Positions 36,089 through 45,854 are shown, counted from the first letter of the stretch. The stretch: DNA of 64,000 nucleotides from Propionibacteriaceae bacterium (GCA_009780915.1 WQZD01000002.1:185499-249498), one strand, 5' to 3'. A program made the numbers and translations. The notes: generated from the letters alone by a model not told the origin.

Positions 36089-39000
36089 ATGTACATGATA
36101 CACCAACCATTGCCCCATGCTCGTACAACGGGCACGGGCGCTCGGACGCGCCGTCCTCACCGCTGGGTGATCGCCGGCGTCAGTCTCGCGCTGACCATCG
36201 GCATGACTGGGCTGGCGACACCAGCCGCTCAGGCCGCTCCTTCACCCTTCAACGCCATCCATAACGCGGTCACCCCGCTGACGGCTGATAGCTTCACCAC
36301 CCCCTCGCGGGCTGATATGCCCTGGGCCCGGTGGAACTTCGATCCTGCCTGGGCCACGATCGACGGTCTTCAGGCCGACATCCAGGACGCCTATGACCAC
36401 AACATCGGCGGTCTGGAGATCGGCCAGGGCGGAATCCCGACCAAAGAGCAACTGACCGCGATCTACACGAAGGCGAACGCGCTGGGGATGACCATCAGTT
36501 TGAAGGTCGTTCCCGGTCTGGCCGGCACGACCTTCGCAGGCACCGATGACTACGCCCGTCGCACACTGAACCAGACCAACCAGGTCGTCGACGCCGGCAC
36601 GGCGGTCGACATGGATGTCACCGGCAACGCCGCTGGCACGATCGTCGCCGTCTTGGCGTACCGCTGCACGAACAGCCCTTGTGAGACGACCGGATCGAAG
36701 AGTCTTGAACGCACGAGCGTCGTCGATCTCACGACGACGCTGACCGCCACCAACACATCCGGTTACGAGGGCGGCACCACGACGGGTCACCTCGTATGGA
36801 CCGCGCCAGCCGCCCCGGCGGACGCCCAGTGGGTCGTCGTCATGCTGCGCGCCGTCGCGATGGGGGCCACGCCTGAGCCGCTGAGCCTCCAGGGGACGAA
36901 GCTGCTGACGGACTCCTACGACGCGTATTTCGCCGGCGGGCTCGGCGATCTGGTCAAGGCCAATGGCGGCGACTTCTTCGTCGACTCGCACGCCGGAGAT
37001 CCGTGGGGCGCGCCCGAGGAGTTGTGGTCCACGAACATCCGCTCCGAGTTCCAGAAGGCGATGGGCTACGACATCGTGCCGAACCTGCCCGCCCTGATGG
37101 GCTTCCCGATGGTCGCGTCGGGTTTCAGCGCCGCCCAGCCGGCCCCGCCGTTCACCTTCAGCGACGGCAGCGACTCTCGGATCCAGTCGGACTTCAACCT
37201 GGTCCGGACGGACTTGTACACCACGAACCGGCTCGCCGCTTTCCAGACCTGGTCCCACACCTACAACATGTCGTTGCGGGTTCAGCAGGAAGACGGGCCG
37301 GCGACCTCGATCGGTGACCAATTGACGACATCGGCCACGCTGGACCAATCCGAGTACGAGTCGCTGACCGGTTCCGATCAGCCCGACATCTACCGCCCGA
37401 TGGCCTCCGCCGTCCATATGACGGGCAACCAGTGGTTCTCCACCGAGTGCTGCGCCGTGCTCAACGAGAGCTTCGCTGACACGTATCAGGACACGGTCGT
37501 GAGGATGAATCGTGAGTTCGCGGGCGGGGTGGACCGGATCGTCTACCACATCCGTCCCTACATCACCGCCTCCAACTCCATCTGGCCGGGCAACGGGTTC
37601 TCCGCCACCGCGCGGGTGTCGTTCTCGGGCGCGAACTCGCGGATCGAACCGTCGTGGGAGAACCAAGCCGCCCTGAACAACTACTTCGCCCGCAGCCGTG
37701 AGGTCCTGACCCAGGGGCAGGCGAGGATGGATATCGCCGTCTACATGCGCAACTACTCGTCGCCGTCGGCCTTCGCCACAGCGGATTCCTCCAACCGCCA
37801 CTGGTCGGACACCGGCCTGCAGAACGCGGGTTACACGTGGGACTACCTCAATGAGACCCTCTTCGACCTGCCGAACGCGGTCGTGACGGATGGTGTGCTG
37901 GCGGCTGACGGTCCAGGGTACAAGGCTCTGGTCTTCGACCAATACCTCCTGCCGTCCACCAACAGCGCCCAGGGCACCCTGACCACCGAAGCCGCGTCGA
38001 AGATCCTGTCGTACGCCCAGGCGGGGCTGCCGGTCATCTTCGTCGGCCAGCCGATTGGCACGGGGTCGCTGTCGGACCCCGACAGCGCGATGCAGGCGAT
38101 CCTCGCGCAGATCATGGCGTTGCCGAACGTCTACCAAGTGACGTCCGAGGCGGCCGTGCCGGCCAAGCTCGCCAGCTTGGGCATCGAGCCCAATGCGAAG
38201 CCGGCGTCCCCGGTGTCGCTGCTGAGTGTCAACCGGGTCGACGCCGCGACTGACACGACGTACTACTGGCTGTACAACAACGCGATCGACTACTGGCCGG
38301 GCGACAACTCGAACGCGGGGTACGGAATGAACCCGTCCAACCTGTACGAGACCCCGGACTCATGCGTCGTCACCGACGCCTCCTCCACGGGCAATAACCC
38401 GTGCATGAAGTCCAGCACGCCGATCTCGACGACCGTGTCGCTGGTGGGCGACGGCGTGCCGTACCTCCTGGACGCTTTCACCGGGGCCATCACCCCGATC
38501 ACGGACTACACCCGTGACGGCAACAGGGTCACGGTGACGGTGAATCTGGCGGCCGACGCCTCGATGATCGTCGCCTTGAGCTCGCAACCGAATCGGTTCG
38601 GGATCTCGGCCCTGTCCACGTCCGTGATCAGCACCACGGCCGACTTCAGCAAGCAGAAGGGCGACACGATCCAGGTGGGGGCCACCAAGTCTGGCTCGTA
38701 CATCACGACGCTCAGCGACGGCCAGGCCGTCACCAGTGCGATCGCCGACGTTCCGGACGCCGTCGACCTGACCCAGGCCACCTGGCAGTTGGACGCCGAA
38801 GCGTGGACGCCGACCTACGACTACAAGTCCACCGAGGGCACCGGCGACGGCAGCACGGCGACCACCAAGACACCGGTGTCGCTGACGCTGACCGGGCTCA
38901 AACCGTGGCCGCAGATCCCCGCGTTGGCGAACGCGTCCGGCGTGGGGACGTACACGACGACGGTGACTCTGCCCCCGACCTGGGACTCCAGCATGGGCGC

Positions 39001-39430
39001 GATCCTCAGCCTGGGCGAGGTCATGGACATGTTCACCATCACGGTGAACGGCACGACGCTGCCGCTCACGGACCAGGTGACGGCGACCGCTGACATCAGT
39101 CCGTACCTCCAGGCGGGGGAGAACACGATCAGCGTCCGCGTGACGACCAACTTCAACAACCAGTTGTACGCGTTGGATACCTCCGTCCAGGCCCGTGGCA
39201 TCATCGAGAACTATGGTCTGGTGGGTCCGGTCGTCCTGACGTACTACCGCACGGCGACGGTGCTCGGCGAGATCGTGCCGCCCACCAACCCGTCCGAGCC
39301 TGGCGGTGTCCAGGTGAGCACGGGCGGATCCGTCGTGGGCGGCTCGTCCGGTCTGGCGCCGCTCGCGCTGGTGCTCGTCGGGGCGCTCGCGTTCGGCCTG
39401 TGGAGGTGGCGTCGCCGCCTGACTGACTGA
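36089..39430 (+). CDS. Large secreted glycoside-hydrolase-like protein (jelly-roll / sugar-binding domains) with a C-terminal membrane anchor
   Basis: About 1,113 aa. The signal peptide ends AQA-AP. A C-terminal galactose-binding-like segment reads LSLGEVMDMFTITVNGT...ISPYLQAGENTISVRV. The final TM helix is followed by RWRRR. ATG at 36095 is an alternative start. Confidence 0.8.
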   Translation: MYMIHQPLPHARTTGTGARTRRPHRWVIAGVSLALTIGMTGLATPAAQAAPSPFNAIHNAVTPLTADSFTTPSRADMPWARWNFDPAWATIDGLQADIQDAYDHNIGGLEIGQGGIPTKEQLTAIYTKANALGMTISLKVVPGLAGTTFAGTDDYARRTLNQTNQVVDAGTAVDMDVTGNAAGTIVAVLAYRCTNSPCETTGSKSLERTSVVDLTTTLTATNTSGYEGGTTTGHLVWTAPAAPADAQWVVVMLRAVAMGATPEPLSLQGTKLLTDSYDAYFAGGLGDLVKANGGDFFVDSHAGDPWGAPEELWSTNIRSEFQKAMGYDIVPNLPALMGFPMVASGFSAAQPAPPFTFSDGSDSRIQSDFNLVRTDLYTTNRLAAFQTWSHTYNMSLRVQQEDGPATSIGDQLTTSATLDQSEYESLTGSDQPDIYRPMASAVHMTGNQWFSTECCAVLNESFADTYQDTVVRMNREFAGGVDRIVYHIRPYITASNSIWPGNGFSATARVSFSGANSRIEPSWENQAALNNYFARSREVLTQGQARMDIAVYMRNYSSPSAFATADSSNRHWSDTGLQNAGYTWDYLNETLFDLPNAVVTDGVLAADGPGYKALVFDQYLLPSTNSAQGTLTTEAASKILSYAQAGLPVIFVGQPIGTGSLSDPDSAMQAILAQIMALPNVYQVTSEAAVPAKLASLGIEPNAKPASPVSLLSVNRVDAATDTTYYWLYNNAIDYWPGDNSNAGYGMNPSNLYETPDSCVVTDASSTGNNPCMKSSTPISTTVSLVGDGVPYLLDAFTGAITPITDYTRDGNRVTVTVNLAADASMIVALSSQPNRFGISALSTSVISTTADFSKQKGDTIQVGATKSGSYITTLSDGQAVTSAIADVPDAVDLTQATWQLDAEAWTPTYDYKSTEGTGDGSTATTKTPVSLTLTGLKPWPQIPALANASGVGTYTTTVTLPPTWDSSMGAILSLGEVMDMFTITVNGTTLPLTDQVTATADISPYLQAGENTISVRVTTNFNNQLYALDTSVQARGIIENYGLVGPVVLTYYRTATVLGEIVPPTNPSEPGGVQVSTGGSVVGGSSGLAPLALVLVGALAFGLWRWRRRLTD

Positions 39431-39445
39431 TCCTGAGGGAACACC

Positions 39446-39483
39446 GCCGCGGTGGCTCCCGTCCGCGTGACGGGGCCACCGCG
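39446..39483 (+). terminator. GC-rich hairpin terminator after the glycosidase-like gene
   Basis: CCGCGGTGGC-T-CCCGTC-CGCGT-GACGGG-GCCACCGCGG. There is no clear U-tract. Confidence 0.5.
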
Positions 39484-39601
39484 GCCCTGCGTGAACCGGG
39501 GGGTTCGATGTCGGCCAGACCCGGGCGCCCGACATGAGTGTCGTCCCGCATTTGAGATGAGAGCCCGAGTCAGATAAGGTTAACCCTTGGCAACACCACC
39601 C

Positions 39602-39673
39602 TGGGGTATGGGGTAATTGGCAGCCCAACGGATTCTGGTTCCGTTAGTCTAGGTTCGAGTCCTAGTACCCCAA
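39602..39673 (+). tRNA. tRNA-Gln (anticodon CTG)
   Basis: Acceptor TGGGGTA/TACCCCA, anticodon arm ACGGA-TTCTGGT-TCCGT, T-arm CTAGG-TTCGAGT-CCTAG. Confidence 0.9.
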
Positions 39674-40048
39674 CGCAGGCCGAAAGTAGAGCGAGCTTGC
39701 TCGATCTACTGAGGCCAAGGAAGGGGTTCGCGGCGCGAAGCGGCGTGACACCCCAACGCAGGTCGAGAGACTCACGAGCAAGCTCGTGAGTCCGAGGTCG
39801 AGGAGGGATTATTTTCAACGCGATGCGTTGAAAATAATCCCGACGAAGACCGAGTGACCTACGAGCTTGCTCGTAGGTCCGAGACCAAGGCCGGGGTTGA
39901 CGACGCGAAGCGTCGGAAACCCCACAATGGATTGGTTGGATCACGAGGAAACTCGCGGGTCACATCCCGATCCAGGGACTGAAAAGCGCCGAGCGCTTGA
40001 AGACCCGGAAGAGTCTGGTAGACTCTTCCTTCGTGCGTTTAGCGCATT
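39674..40048 (+). repeat. Array of at least 7 stable hairpins, organised as about three diverged two-hairpin modules
   Basis: Hairpins lie at 39685-39710, 39769-39792, 39805-39841, 39856-39879, 39902-39914, 39984-39998 and 40007-40029. Three of them share the core CGAGC-WW-GCTCG with different, compensating outer stems. The 13-mer ACCCCAACGCAGG occurs at 39667 and 39750. Confidence 0.7.
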
Positions 40049-40121
40049 GGCCCCGTTGTGTAGCGGTCAAGCACGCCGCCCTCTCACGGCGGTAGCGAGG
40101 GTTCGAATCCCTTCGGGGCTA
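40049..40121 (+). tRNA. tRNA-Glu (anticodon CTC)
   Basis: Acceptor GGCCCCG/CGGGGCT, anticodon arm CCGCC-CTCTCAC-GGCGG, T-arm GAGGG-TTCGAAT-CCCTT. Confidence 0.9.
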
Positions 40122-40145
40122 CGACATGATGTCGCAAGACATCGC

Positions 40146-40194
40146 AGGCCCGTGAATCTTCCTTGTGGAGATTCACGGGCCTGTTTGTTTTTTT
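40146..40194 (+). terminator. Rho-independent terminator of the tRNA cluster
   Basis: 14-bp stem AGGCCCGTGAATCT/AGATTCACGGGCCT with a 9-nt loop, followed by GTTTGTTTTTTT. Confidence 0.75.
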
Positions 40195-40409
40195 GAAGGT
40201 CTGAAGTGCGCCCACCCGGTATGGTCATGTACGGCGGTGCCGATCGCAGAGTATGCCCGACCTCAAGACATTCAAGAATTGTTAAATGAAGACGTGCCGG
40301 CCCAGAATGCTTATGACGTCTTCTGTGTCAACCAGTCGACGTTCAACCAAATGTTCGGGCTCGTCACCGTCACCCAATCCCACATGGGACGTGAACGACA
40401 GGCACGGCT

Positions 40410-40880
40410 ATGTATAGTCGTATTCACATCAGCGAGAGGACGACAGTGACCAGATGTAGGGCGATATGCGGTCGGCATAGTGCGGCGCTAGCCCGACGAT
40501 TCAGGGGTCTGGCACTGTTGATGATATCGACCTTCATGCTGGCTGGTTGCGGTTACTCGTTGGCAGGGCCGTCTATCCATGTCAGTTCGTCAGTGCCACC
40601 TTCAGTGGCTGCACAGGGTGTCTCCGATGAGCTGCTCGATCGATGGAGTGGGCATGGTGACGCTCGTGTCGATCAACTCAGGTCTGGGTGGGTCGACGGT
40701 CGAGGTGATCGTCAATCTAAACAACTGACTGATCGTGTGCACATCCCTCTGGGTCGGGTGGATATGGTACTATCACAACAATTATGGCGTGGGTCGTGTG
40801 CGGGGATCTGCCGAGAAACGGGAAGGGTTCGTCCGTGGGGAGAGTGCGCGGCTGGTTGTATGGCGCCGACGCTGGAGTGA
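40410..40880 (+). CDS. Possible small lipoprotein (weak call)
   Basis: It contains RRFRGLALLMISTFMLAGCG (a lipobox) in a lower-GC segment. The start is uncertain and the C-terminal part overlaps the acyltransferase start. Confidence 0.3.
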   Translation: MYSRIHISERTTVTRCRAICGRHSAALARRFRGLALLMISTFMLAGCGYSLAGPSIHVSSSVPPSVAAQGVSDELLDRWSGHGDARVDQLRSGWVDGRGDRQSKQLTDRVHIPLGRVDMVLSQQLWRGSCAGICRETGRVRPWGECAAGCMAPTLE

Positions 40881-42949
40881 CGGATCGTCGTGCGGATATT
40901 CAGGGTCTTCGGGCACTGGCCGTCACAGCTGTGCTGGTGAACCATGTCTGGCCCGCGCAACTGCCAGGTGGGTACGTCGGGGTCGACGTCTTCTTCGTCG
41001 TCTCGGGTTTCCTCATCACGTCTCATCTACTGAAGGAGCTCACACGGTCGGACAGGATCGATCTGAGACAGTTCTACGCCCGCCGGATCCGGCGCTTGCT
41101 GCCGGCTGCCTTCCTCGTCCTGATCGTGTCTGGGGTGATGGTACGGCTCGTCCTCCAGTACCCCCGATGGGTACGCAATGGGGCGGAGATCGCCGCGAGC
41201 GCCCTCTATGTGGAGAACTGGTTCCTCGCCGCTCGATCGGTGAACTACTCTGCCCTCAACGACGCGGCCAGCGTCAGTCAGCACTACTGGTCCCTGTCTG
41301 TCGAGGAGCAGTTCTATCTTCTCTGGCCGGTGCTGTTGCTCGCCCTGTGGTGGTTGGCTCGGAAGACGAGCCTGTCTCGGATCGGAACGACGGTGGCGGG
41401 CATGGCCGTCGTCGTGGTGGGCAGTATGGGCCTGTCCGTGTGGTGGACGGCCTGGAACCCGGCTTCGGCGTATTTCGCCACCCCTGTGCGCTTCTGGGAA
41501 TTCGGCCTCGGGGCGCTGTTGGCCCTCGTGATGGTGGTGGTCGCGGCGTCGACACGACGAAGTGGTCCAGCAGAGGTGCTTTGTCAGCTCCTGGCCATCA
41601 TCGGATTCGCCATGGTCGTCTGGTCCGCATGGTCCTACTCGGCGGTGACGGCCTTTCCCGGGTGGAGAGCGCTCGTCCCCGCGCTGGGGACGGCTCTCGT
41701 CATCCTCACAGGCGGTCTCGGGACGACGATGTGGCACTCGGTCGTGACGTCCCTACGCCCCGTTCAATACGTGGGAGACATCTCGTACTCCCTGTACTTG
41801 TGGCATTGGCCCATCGTCGTGCTCGCTCCCTTCGTCCTGGGAAAGACTGTGGGGCCGTGGGACAAGGTCGGGATTGCGCTCCTCGCCGTCGTCCTGGCTG
41901 GCCTGACGAAGGCATTCGTCGAGGACCCCTGTCGCCGTCTCCCATGGCTGCAGGAGCGCTCACGGCGCACCTACGTGTCCATGCTCGCTGGCATGGCCCT
42001 CATCGGTGTCGCCTGCTCGGCCCTGGTGGTCAACGAGCGCATGATCGAATCTGCGCCCGTGGTGAACCTGTCGGCGGACACCGTTCCGACGTGCGTGGGT
42101 CCGTACGCCCTCCTCGACGCTGATCAGTGTCCCGACGTCGTGGGTCCGTCCGACGACCCGATCATGACTGAGTCTGCGAACGCCTACTGGGCCGTTCCCG
42201 ACGACCCTCAGTGCAGTGACGTCACGCGGGTTCTCGGCCGTACGGACAGGGTCTGCGACTACTCCACGGGCGCCGACCCGGTCAAGGTCCTTCTCATCGG
42301 CGACTCGCACGCTCAACAGTGGCAGTACGCCATCCTCCCTCTGGCGAAGAAGTATCAGTGGAACCTCGTCATGACGTATGACGGCGCCTGTCCCACAGTG
42401 GACTCAGGCTATGTGGGATATCGTGGCACGCCCGCCACGGCGGACAAGGTGACGGAATGCACCACATGGCGTGAGGCGGAGCGCGACTACGCCGCTCAGG
42501 ATGGGACCAGCATCGTCTTCATCTCCTTCTTCGGTCGCGAAGAACAGATCGACGACGGCACCGGGCGCCCTCAGATGGATCAGTACGTCGACGGCCTGAC
42601 GTCCTATGCCCAACCCTTTCTCGCATCAGGGGCGGACGTCTATGTCCTGGGAGATCCGCCGATGAACTCGGCGGTGAGGGATCCTGACTGCGTCATCCTG
42701 CATCAGCGGGATCCGGCTTTCTGCGCTGTGCCCCGCGACATCGCACAGCCGCCAGATCCCATGCTTGAGGCCGCCGACGCCAGTCAGGGAACGATAGTGG
42801 GCATCGACACCACCGACTTGTTCTGCGACCAAGCCAGGTGTTATGCGGTGGTGGGAGGAGTCACGGTGTACTACGACGCCGACCATCTCAACAGGCAGTA
42901 CGTCGCCCTCTTGAGCCCCGCCATCGAGGATCAGCTTCGGCGACGATGA
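40835..42949 (+). CDS. Acyltransferase-3 family membrane protein with C-terminal SGNH domain (OafA/OatA-like O-acetyltransferase)
   Basis: DIQGLRALAVTAVLVNH...GYVGVDVFFVVSGFLIT, about 10 TM segments, and a C-terminal LLIGDSHA SGNH block. GTG start at 40835 after GGGAAGGG; the track start is 40784. Confidence 0.85.
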   Translation: MGRVRGWLYGADAGVTDRRADIQGLRALAVTAVLVNHVWPAQLPGGYVGVDVFFVVSGFLITSHLLKELTRSDRIDLRQFYARRIRRLLPAAFLVLIVSGVMVRLVLQYPRWVRNGAEIAASALYVENWFLAARSVNYSALNDAASVSQHYWSLSVEEQFYLLWPVLLLALWWLARKTSLSRIGTTVAGMAVVVVGSMGLSVWWTAWNPASAYFATPVRFWEFGLGALLALVMVVVAASTRRSGPAEVLCQLLAIIGFAMVVWSAWSYSAVTAFPGWRALVPALGTALVILTGGLGTTMWHSVVTSLRPVQYVGDISYSLYLWHWPIVVLAPFVLGKTVGPWDKVGIALLAVVLAGLTKAFVEDPCRRLPWLQERSRRTYVSMLAGMALIGVACSALVVNERMIESAPVVNLSADTVPTCVGPYALLDADQCPDVVGPSDDPIMTESANAYWAVPDDPQCSDVTRVLGRTDRVCDYSTGADPVKVLLIGDSHAQQWQYAILPLAKKYQWNLVMTYDGACPTVDSGYVGYRGTPATADKVTECTTWREAERDYAAQDGTSIVFISFFGREEQIDDGTGRPQMDQYVDGLTSYAQPFLASGADVYVLGDPPMNSAVRDPDCVILHQRDPAFCAVPRDIAQPPDPMLEAADASQGTIVGIDTTDLFCDQARCYAVVGGVTVYYDADHLNRQYVALLSPAIEDQLRRR

Positions 42950-43009
42950 CGGACACGCCCCTCCGAAGGATGTGGCCTGTCGGACACGAGGTCGGCGATA
43001 TCGACCACC

Positions 43010-43687
43010 TCACCGTCGCCTGAGGACCCAGCGGGAGAGCCCGTTGCCGATCAGTTGCACGCATTGGACGAGGACGATCATGGCGGCGACGGCGACCCAG
43101 GTGACGAGGTCGTTGAATTTGCGGTAGCCGTCGGACAGGGCGAACTGGCCAAGACCGCCGCCGGAGACGACACCGGCCATGGCCGACAGGTCGACCACGC
43201 CGACGAAGAGGAAGGTGTAGCCGAGGATGAGGGGGGCGAGCGCCTCAGGGACGAGGATGCGGAAGAGGATGTGGGTACGAGAGGCGCCCATCGCCCGGCC
43301 CGCCTCGATGATCGAGGGGTCGGTGGCGATCAGGGACTGCTCCACGATGCGGGAGGTCGCCACCGTGCACACGATCACCATGGGGAAGATCGCGGGGATC
43401 GTGCCGATGGACGAGCCCATGATGGCGATGGTCGCAGGTCTCACAGCGGTGATGAAGATCACGAAGGGGATGGGGCGCACGACGTTCACGATCACCGAGA
43501 GGACGGCGTACACCGGACGGTTCTCGATCAGGCCGCCTCGGCGGGTGCCGAAGAGGGTCAGTCCGAGGGCCAGGCCGAGCAGGCCGCCGATCAGCAAGGT
43601 CGCGGACACCATCGACAGGGTCTCGCCGAGGCGTGTCCAAAAGGTTTGGGTCAGCCAGTCGTTCCAGGTGTTCTCCAGCGGGGTCAT
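43010..43687 (-). CDS. metI: Methionine ABC transporter permease
   Basis: 225 aa, MetI-type EAA loop (IEAGRAMGASRTHILFRILVPEA). Confidence 0.92.
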   Translation of the reverse strand: MTPLENTWNDWLTQTFWTRLGETLSMVSATLLIGGLLGLALGLTLFGTRRGGLIENRPVYAVLSVIVNVVRPIPFVIFITAVRPATIAIMGSSIGTIPAIFPMVIVCTVATSRIVEQSLIATDPSIIEAGRAMGASRTHILFRILVPEALAPLILGYTFLFVGVVDLSAMAGVVSGGGLGQFALSDGYRKFNDLVTWVAVAAMIVLVQCVQLIGNGLSRWVLRRR

Positions 43688-44802
43688 CGCAGGTCCTCCT
43701 TCTGGTCGAGGTCGGTCCAGGAGGGGTCGTCCAGGGGGTGGTCGGCGGTGCCTAGATCCGTCCAGGAGATCCCGTCACGGCTCAGGCGCTCCAGCAGGGC
43801 GTCGATGGCGCGTTCCCCATCGCCTGCTGGAAGGGCGGAGGTCATCTCGACCACCACGTTGCCCAGGGGACGATTCGCGACTTCCGTGATCGACCCATGG
43901 ACGATGGAGGAGGACACGTCCAGGGACTGGGCGATCCGGGCGAGGTTGAACGCCTCGGAGTCCAAGGAGTCGGACGTGACGGTCATCACGACCAGCCGGC
44001 CGGGGTGGGCGCTGTGGAGGCGGCCGACCGTGTCCGGTGATGGACGCGAGCGAAGGGCCGTCTGGATGAACCTGCGTGTCACCGGATCAGCGGGACGAGC
44101 GAAGACGTCGTAGGTGTCCCCGGTCTCGACGATTCGTCCCTGTTCCATCACAGCGACCCGATCGCAGATGTGCTGCACCACGCCCATCTCATGGGTGATG
44201 ACGACGATGGTGGTCCCCAGAACCTGGTTGGCCCGCTTCAGCAGGTCGAGCACCTCCTCGGTGGTGTGAGGGTCGAGGGCGGAGGTGGCCTCGTCCGCGA
44301 GAAGGATCTCGGGGGAGTGGGCGAGGGCCCTGGCGATGCCCACCCTCTGTTTCTGCCCGCCAGACAGGTGGGACGGGTACGCCTGCGCCTTGTCGGCGAT
44401 CCCGACGAAGTCCAGCATCTGTTCGACACGGGCCTGTTTCCTCTTCTTGTCCCATCCGGCCAAGGTCAACGGGTAGCCGACGTTGTCGGCCACGCTGCGA
44501 GAGGAGAACAGGGCGAAATGCTGGAAGACCATGCCGATGCCGGCGCGAAGATCCCTCAGCCCCTTCTCGCCCAGTCCGGCGAGGTCGGTGCCGTTGACGG
44601 TGATGCGTCCGGAATCGGCACGCTCGAGCGCGTTGATCAGTCTCACCAGGGTGGACTTTCCAGCGCCCGAGTACCCGATGACTCCGAAGATCTCTCCTCG
44701 TCCGATGTCGAGACTCACGTCGTCGACCGCGTGCACGGTGACGCCTTTCGCTCGGAAGTCTTTCGTGACGTGGTCGAGACGGATGATGGGGTCGCGTGTC
44801 AT
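43684..44802 (-). CDS. metN: Methionine ABC transporter ATP-binding protein
   Basis: Walker A GYSGAGKST, signature LSGGQKQR, Walker B LLADEATSALD, and a C-terminal NIL-like domain. Confidence 0.93.
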   Translation of the reverse strand: MTRDPIIRLDHVTKDFRAKGVTVHAVDDVSLDIGRGEIFGVIGYSGAGKSTLVRLINALERADSGRITVNGTDLAGLGEKGLRDLRAGIGMVFQHFALFSSRSVADNVGYPLTLAGWDKKRKQARVEQMLDFVGIADKAQAYPSHLSGGQKQRVGIARALAHSPEILLADEATSALDPHTTEEVLDLLKRANQVLGTTIVVITHEMGVVQHICDRVAVMEQGRIVETGDTYDVFARPADPVTRRFIQTALRSRPSPDTVGRLHSAHPGRLVVMTVTSDSLDSEAFNLARIAQSLDVSSSIVHGSITEVANRPLGNVVVEMTSALPAGDGERAIDALLERLSRDGISWTDLGTADHPLDDPSWTDLDQKEDLR

Positions 44803-44879
44803 GGCTGCTCCTCGGTTGTCCAGTTCGTGGGCCTGAAGGTCGGGGAGGGTCCTGGTCGCAGGGCCCTCCCCGGACCGGG

Positions 44880-45854
44880 TCAGGATGCGGTCAGCTGGGC
44901 GGTGACGTCGGCCAGGACGGACTGCAGACGGGAGGGTGTCTCGTTGACGAGGACCCCGGTTCCGCCCGAGTTGGCCAGAAGCGCCTGGTCCCAGGCGTCA
45001 GTGTGGGCCAGGCGGACGATCTCGGCGTACACAGGCAGGTCTGCCTCGTCGGGACGGGCGACCCACACATTGATGTACGGGGCGGAACCGTCTGAGCTGG
45101 GATCGTCCTGGGCGATGGCGCTCGTCGCGGACAAGCCCGTGTCGGCAATGTAATCATTGTTGATGATCGCCCCGGCGATGGACGGGTCGTCCAACGACCG
45201 AGCCGTCTGGTCGGCGCTGATGGCGATGACCTTCACGGACGAGGCGGAGGCGTCGATGTCCGAGACCTGCCCGAACAGGCTGGGGGTGCCGGGCTTCAGC
45301 TGGATCAAACCGGCCGACTGGAGGACCTGGAGTCCGCGGGCCTGGTTGGTCTGGTCGTCAGGGATGGCGACGGTGGCCCCGGCGGGGATGTCCGCGACGG
45401 ACGCGTACTTCTTCGAGTACAGCCCCAGCGGGTAAATGGCCGTCGATCCGATCGGGAGCAGGTTCTCATGGGAATTGACGTTGTACTTGGCCAGGTAGCT
45501 GATGTGCTGGAACTGGTTCAGGTCGAGTTCCTTGGACGTGAGGGACGGGTTGAGCAGGACGTAGTCGGTGAAGTCCAGGAACGTGAGGTGGATCCCCTCG
45601 GCGAGGGCTTCCTGGGTGAGGATCTGGAACTGCTGATTGCCCGCTCCGACGACCCCGATCTTGACGGGATTCTTCTGGCCCCCCTTGTCTGTGGCGCCCG
45701 GCACGGTGAAACCGGCGACGGCGTCCGACGGGAGGGTGATGGTGGCGGGAGCGTCTGCCCCCGGTGAGGCGCCCCCCGGTGACGAGCAACCGGTCAGGGC
45801 TGTGAGGGCTGCGACCGCGACGGCGGCCAGCGCGATATGACGACGAGTGGACAT
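44880..45854 (-). CDS. metQ: MetQ/NlpA-family methionine-binding lipoprotein
   Basis: Start chosen at MSTRRHIALAAVAVAALTALTGCSS (lipobox), with an AAGGAGAA RBS. The track ORF extends upstream artefactually. Confidence 0.9.
   Translation of the reverse strand: MSTRRHIALAAVAVAALTALTGCSSPGGASPGADAPATITLPSDAVAGFTVPGATDKGGQKNPVKIGVVGAGNQQFQILTQEALAEGIHLTFLDFTDYVLLNPSLTSKELDLNQFQHISYLAKYNVNSHENLLPIGSTAIYPLGLYSKKYASVADIPAGATVAIPDDQTNQARGLQVLQSAGLIQLKPGTPSLFGQVSDIDASASSVKVIAISADQTARSLDDPSIAGAIINNDYIADTGLSATSAIAQDDPSSDGSAPYINVWVARPDEADLPVYAEIVRLAHTDAWDQALLANSGGTGVLVNETPSRLQSVLADVTAQLTAS

Noticed and set aside
39250-39430. An LPXTG sortase signal in the large glycosidase-like protein.
   Set aside because: No LPXTG or LAXTG motif is present. 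Only a TM helix plus a basic tail can be seen, so it was not called sortase-dependent.
39570-40196. ORFs 39570-39944(-) and 39867-40196(+), and the idea that the hairpin array is a CRISPR array.
   Set aside because: The ORFs run through tRNA genes, hairpins and a terminator. As for CRISPR, the repeats are not of constant length or sequence, there is no regular spacer periodicity, and no cas genes are present.
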